Assembly (NCBI GenBank): GCA_030390025.1
Contig: JASTWF010000035.1
Location: 2,294,001-2,358,000, forward strand
DNA from: Squalus acanthias
Lineage: Eukaryota
DNA length: 64,000 nt
Direction: 5' to 3'
Position numbers and translations under genes: made by a program. Shown piece after piece: positions 60,126 to 64,000 of the stretch. Below the pieces are notes generated by a model that was given only the letters and a program-made list of their open reading frames with translations, did not search any database and was not told the DNA's origin. Within the stretch, counting starts at the first letter, position 1; every line of letters starts with the position of its first letter.

Positions 60126-60776
60126 CTATACATACCAATCCTTACAAGAACTTGTAAAAGAACTGCTGTCAGAGTGAATTCGCTGGTGTTTCAGCAGACT
60201 GGATGACCTTGTGAATCCCTTCACACACACGGAGCAGGTGAACAGATTCTCTCCAGCGTGAACTCGCTGGTGTTTCAGCAGAGTGGATGACCGATTGAAT
60301 CCCTTCCCACAAATAAAGTCGGTCAACAGTCTCTCCCCAGTGTGACTGCACCGATGAATTTGCATCGCAGATGGATAATTGAATCCCTTCTCACAGTCCC
60401 CACATTCCCACGGTTTCTCCATGGTCCATCTGTCTCTCCAGGTTAGACGACCGGTTGAAGCCTCGTCCACACACAGAACACGTGTACGGTTTCTCCCCGC
60501 TGTGAATGGTGCGAAGTTTTTTCAGGCTGTGTAACTGGTTACAGCTCTCCCCAGACTGTGCACTGGTACACTCTCGCTGAACTGTGAATGGGTCTCATTG
60601 CTTTCCCAGTCGCATGATGTGTAAAATCCTTTCCCAAACACAAGAACAGAGAAAGATTTCTCCTTCCGTATTCAAAGGCCGATGATATTCAGGTCCTGAT
60701 GAATCGAGTGACTCTCAGATCTTGGCGTGATGTTTGTTTTGAGTTTCTTGTCTGCAAATCCTCCCCTTCTAATACC
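60126..60776 (-). pseudogene. Degenerate C2H2 zinc-finger gene exon
   Basis: Acceptor CTCCTTTTTCAG|G at 60777. Reads [16 protein letters not shown], then a frameshift, then [30 protein letters not shown] (Cys lost)..HQRVHAGE..CSVCVKGF..HQRIH. Confidence 0.8.
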
Positions 60777-61004
60777 CTGAAAAAGGAGATTACAAAAGTC
60801 ATCACTAAGTACAGGACATAAATTCAGAACAGACAATTCTACTTTCTATGGAACAATCTTTCCTCTCTTGTTTCCCCCAAAAGCTGTAAATTCCTGTCCC
60901 ACACACTCTCCCTCTCCCTGTGCTGAAATCCTTGCCCATTGCACCATATTTTTGCCCCAACCCACTCTCTCTCTCCCTCTGCTCTCCAGTTCTGCAGCTC
61001 CTGT

Positions 61005-61535
61005 GTGCGAGGAGTGTGATGGAATACTCTCCACTTGCCTGGATGAGTACAGCTCCAACAACACTCAAGAAGCTCGACGCCATCCAGAACAAATCAGCCC
61101 GCTTGATTGACACCCCATCCACCACATGAAACATTCACTCCCTCCACCACCGGCGTACCGTGGCTGCAGTGTGTACCATCTACAAGATGCACTGCAGCAA
61201 CTCGCCAGGTCGTGATCGGTAGCACCTTCCAAACCCGTGAACTCTTCTACATAGAAGAACAAGGGCAGCAGGCTCATGGGAACACCTCCACCTCCAGGTT
61301 CCCCTCCAAGTCACACACCACACTGACTTAGAAGTATATCGCTGATCCTTCATCATCACTGGGTCAAAATCCAGGAACTCCCTAATTAACAGCAATGTGG
61401 GAGGACCTTCACCACACGGACTGCAGCGGTTTAAGAAGGCAGCTCACCAACACCTTCTCAACGGCAATTAGGGATGGGCAATAAATTCTGGCCTTGCCAG
61501 CGACACTCACATGGCAGAAACGAATATAAAAAACA
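61005..61535 (+). mobile_element. Zenon-like LINE 3' end (same family as 36286-37210)
   Basis: RSVMEYSPLAWMSTAPTTLKKLDAIQNKSARLI. Confidence 0.85.
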
Positions 61536-61544
61536 GCTTCTGCT

Positions 61545-62200
61545 GCACCTGCTCTGGGAGTGGGCGGCGCATGCGCCCTGATCCCGCCCTGTCCAAGATG
61601 GCGGCGCGGGGACAAGTCCCGCCTTCCTTCACCAAGATGGCGGCCGGTTGCCGGGGTAACCCGGGGCTCTCGCCGCGGAGAAATCCTCTCGCAAACCGGC
61701 GGACAGTCACCCGCTCAACCCGGCGGCCGGGCCTGGCGCCGCGGCGCAAACACGGCACCCGCGGCGTCTTATTCGGGGCCTGAGCCCTGCGTCCGGTGTT
61801 TTTGAAGCTCCCCAGCCCCGCCGCGGCGCCTATTCCTCCCCGGCCCCCACAATGTCTTCCCGCCTCTCGAGCCGCCTTTTCGGCCATTAGTACAACAGAA
61901 AATGACCTGAACCGTTCGCTCTGTTTCTCTCGGCCCGCTGCTTTTAGACGAAGGATATCGACCTGAAACGTTAACTCTCTTTCTCTCTCCACGGATGTTG
62001 CCTGGCCTGCTGAGTTTTTCCAGCGTTTTCTGTTGTTATTTCCGTTGCTTTTATTGTTGCCCGCCATTAGACGTCACCACGCGTACTGCGCATGCTCAGA
62101 GCACGCCCCGGTTCCGCGCCTGCGCAGTGGAATCCTGCAGTCATTGATAGGGCACTTTCTGCCGCGCGGAGGATCCTGGGTAAACACACCGCCATTGAAA
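61545..62200. promoter_or_regulatory. CpG-island promoter candidate
   Basis: CpG-dense. NRF1-type GCGCATGCGC at 61567-61576, TGCGCATGCT at 62087-62096, GCGCCTGCGCA at 62116-62126. YY1-type CAAGATGGCGGC at 61594 and 61633. Confidence 0.7.
61940..62045 (+). mobile_element. Short Penelope-derived terminal element with a degenerate hammerhead motif
   Basis: GACGAAGGATATCGACCTGAAACGTTAACTCTC...CCTGCTGAGTTTTTCCAGC; homologous to 62915-63020. Confidence 0.6.
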
Positions 62201-62914
62201 CTTCCAATTGGTGAAGAGATCATTCACATTTTCAGATTGGGCCTTTGTGCACTACCTGTAGTAACGCAAGCATGCACATTGGAACTTACACTCGATCGAA
62301 CGAATGATCGCATGGCGAACGATCAGACGAACGATTCGCGCGAACGCACGCAGGCGCGCACTTAGACAACTGATACGCACGCACGCACTGAGACATACAT
62401 AATGGAACTTACGCTCGAACGAACGCTTGAATGAATGATCGAATGATCGAACGGACTGGCGTAAAACAGGTTTTCTTGGTTTATTGGAATAAATGTTATC
62501 TATAGCATTTAATTGGATTATGATGGTGCTATGTGTTTGTACACTGGTGTTGAAATGCTTTGTTTTACGTGGAGTTAACTTTGAGATTTATTATTTTAAA
62601 TCTAAAAAGTTGTGTGGAATTGCTTAAGGGTATTTGTACTGTAAACATTATTGATTATTTGTAAAAGTAATCATTGCATTTATATTAATTATAAGGCTGT
62701 TTTTAAGGCTTTATTTTTTTACTGTGATGGATGAATGTAATGGACTTACTATGTAATGGATTTATTATGTAATTGATGAGTTGTACAGGTATTATTGTTT
62801 CTGAATAAAAATATTTCACTACCTGTAGTGGGGTGACATTAAGTTGCCCCATTTTCACTAGACGTGGATATAAACCAATAAGGCAAGTGTCCCAGCACAC
62901 CACAAATATCCAGT

Positions 62915-63020
62915 AACAGTTCTGACGAAGGGCCCTGGACCCGAAACGTTGACTCTGTTTCTCTCTCCTCGATGCTGCCTGACCTGCTGAGTGTTTCCAA
63001 CATGTTCTGTTGTTATTCCT
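62915..63020 (+). mobile_element. Short Penelope-derived terminal element with a minimal hammerhead motif
   Basis: AGTT-CTGACGA-AGGG..CCC-GAAA-CGTT-GACT. Confidence 0.65.
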
Positions 63021-63206
63021 GTAATAAGTATGTACAATACAGCCACACACACAAATAATAATTAAATCACAATGTGACAGTGAGGATCGATTATCACCTC
63101 ACTGAGCTGCGGTGCCCACCGGCCACTTCAGGTAATGATACAGAGGCTGCAACCTCTCACACTGAAAATACATATGGATTATGGACTTCTCAAGGCCGTA
63201 AAAACA

Positions 63207-64000
63207 CGGCTGGAATTGTGCCGACCTGGCAGGTCCGGTGCGGGCGGTGGCAATGGCGGGTTGTCAGCCTGCTGCTGAAAATGACTTTACGTTAGTCGGA
63301 CCTATTGAGCCCACCCAGCGTGTTACCCGGTCCAATTAAATGATGCGGGTCTGGACTGTTGACATCGTTGATTAAGCGTTTTCAGCCGGGATCTTTAAGG
63401 GGCCATGGCAACATTGGACTTGAATGTCAATGTAACATACTGCTGCCAGTGCACTACAGCATTGGAGTGCTGGAAACACTGACAATGACTGCACAGAGGC
63501 AGAGTGCTGCACCCAGGTTGTCTGAGGACTCATCTCCATATGCTTATGAAGGGAGTCAAAGCATTCAGGGTGGTCCTCTTCTCTTCTAATGGACAGATGT
63601 GAGCACCCCAGGACACTAAAACAGCCTGGTTGGAGATTGCAGAGGGGGTCACCAGCAGGGATGTTGTCAGCAAGACCTTGGTGCAGTGCCGCAAACGTTT
63701 CAATGATTTCATTAGATCAGGAAACGTGAGTACAAAGCCACACTCACCTTCATCTTGCTATGCCTCTCATCATACACCTATCACTCTGCCTTCCCAACCC
63801 TACCCCTGCACATTCTTACTCACACCAACATACCTTGCACGTCCACCCGTCCCTCTCTTTCTATTTACATTATCACATCCCCATCTCAATAGCCATCCCT
63901 CACACTCACACTCACCCTTGTGCAATCATACCAACTAACAACACACAAGGAGCCACTTGTATTTGGCACCCCACTCCATCATAGTCACCCTCTAAATATC
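63207..64000 (+). mobile_element. PIF/Harbinger-like remnant with a decayed Myb/SANT-like exon (63485-63725)
   Basis: APRLSEDS...AWLEIAEGVTSRDVVSKTLVQCRKRFNDF then donor GTGAGT; frameshift and stop present; TIR-like GGCTGGAATT near 63209. Confidence 0.65.

Noticed and set aside
61409..62365. Arg/Gly/Ala-rich ORFs in the CpG island
   Set aside because: Expected from high GC content; they cross repeat boundaries and show no recognisable domain.

Overview
Repeat-dominated vertebrate genomic DNA, most likely from a cartilaginous fish. This is inferred from the CR1 3' ends, the DeuSINE/SacSINE1-like SINEs, and the GPR139-like and C2H2-ZNF exon styles. Most of the window is nested CR1 LINEs, including one essentially full-length copy at 50013-54288 with an esterase ORF1 and an EN-RT ORF2. 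It also holds L2 and Zenon-like LINE pieces, SINEs, hAT and PIF/Harbinger remnants, Penelope-like elements with minimal hammerhead-ribozyme motifs, and at least eight tandem arrays, plus a 500-N gap. Host-gene content is limited to an orphan GPR139/142-like first coding exon (- strand), a decayed C2H2 zinc-finger exon with a nearby CpG-island promoter, and a duplicated exon-like block. Most notable: (i) two multi-kb satellites built from small pieces of retroelements, a 33-mer from a SINE hairpin and a 47-mer from the CR1 RT '[10 protein letters not shown]' motif; (ii) a Penelope-like insertion forming an ~830-bp fold-back with a hammerhead motif in each arm; (iii) an in-frame T-TTA-AAC slippery heptamer at the CR1 ORF1/ORF2 junction. 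All family assignments come from motif recognition by eye, not database searches. Boundaries of decayed repeats are approximate.
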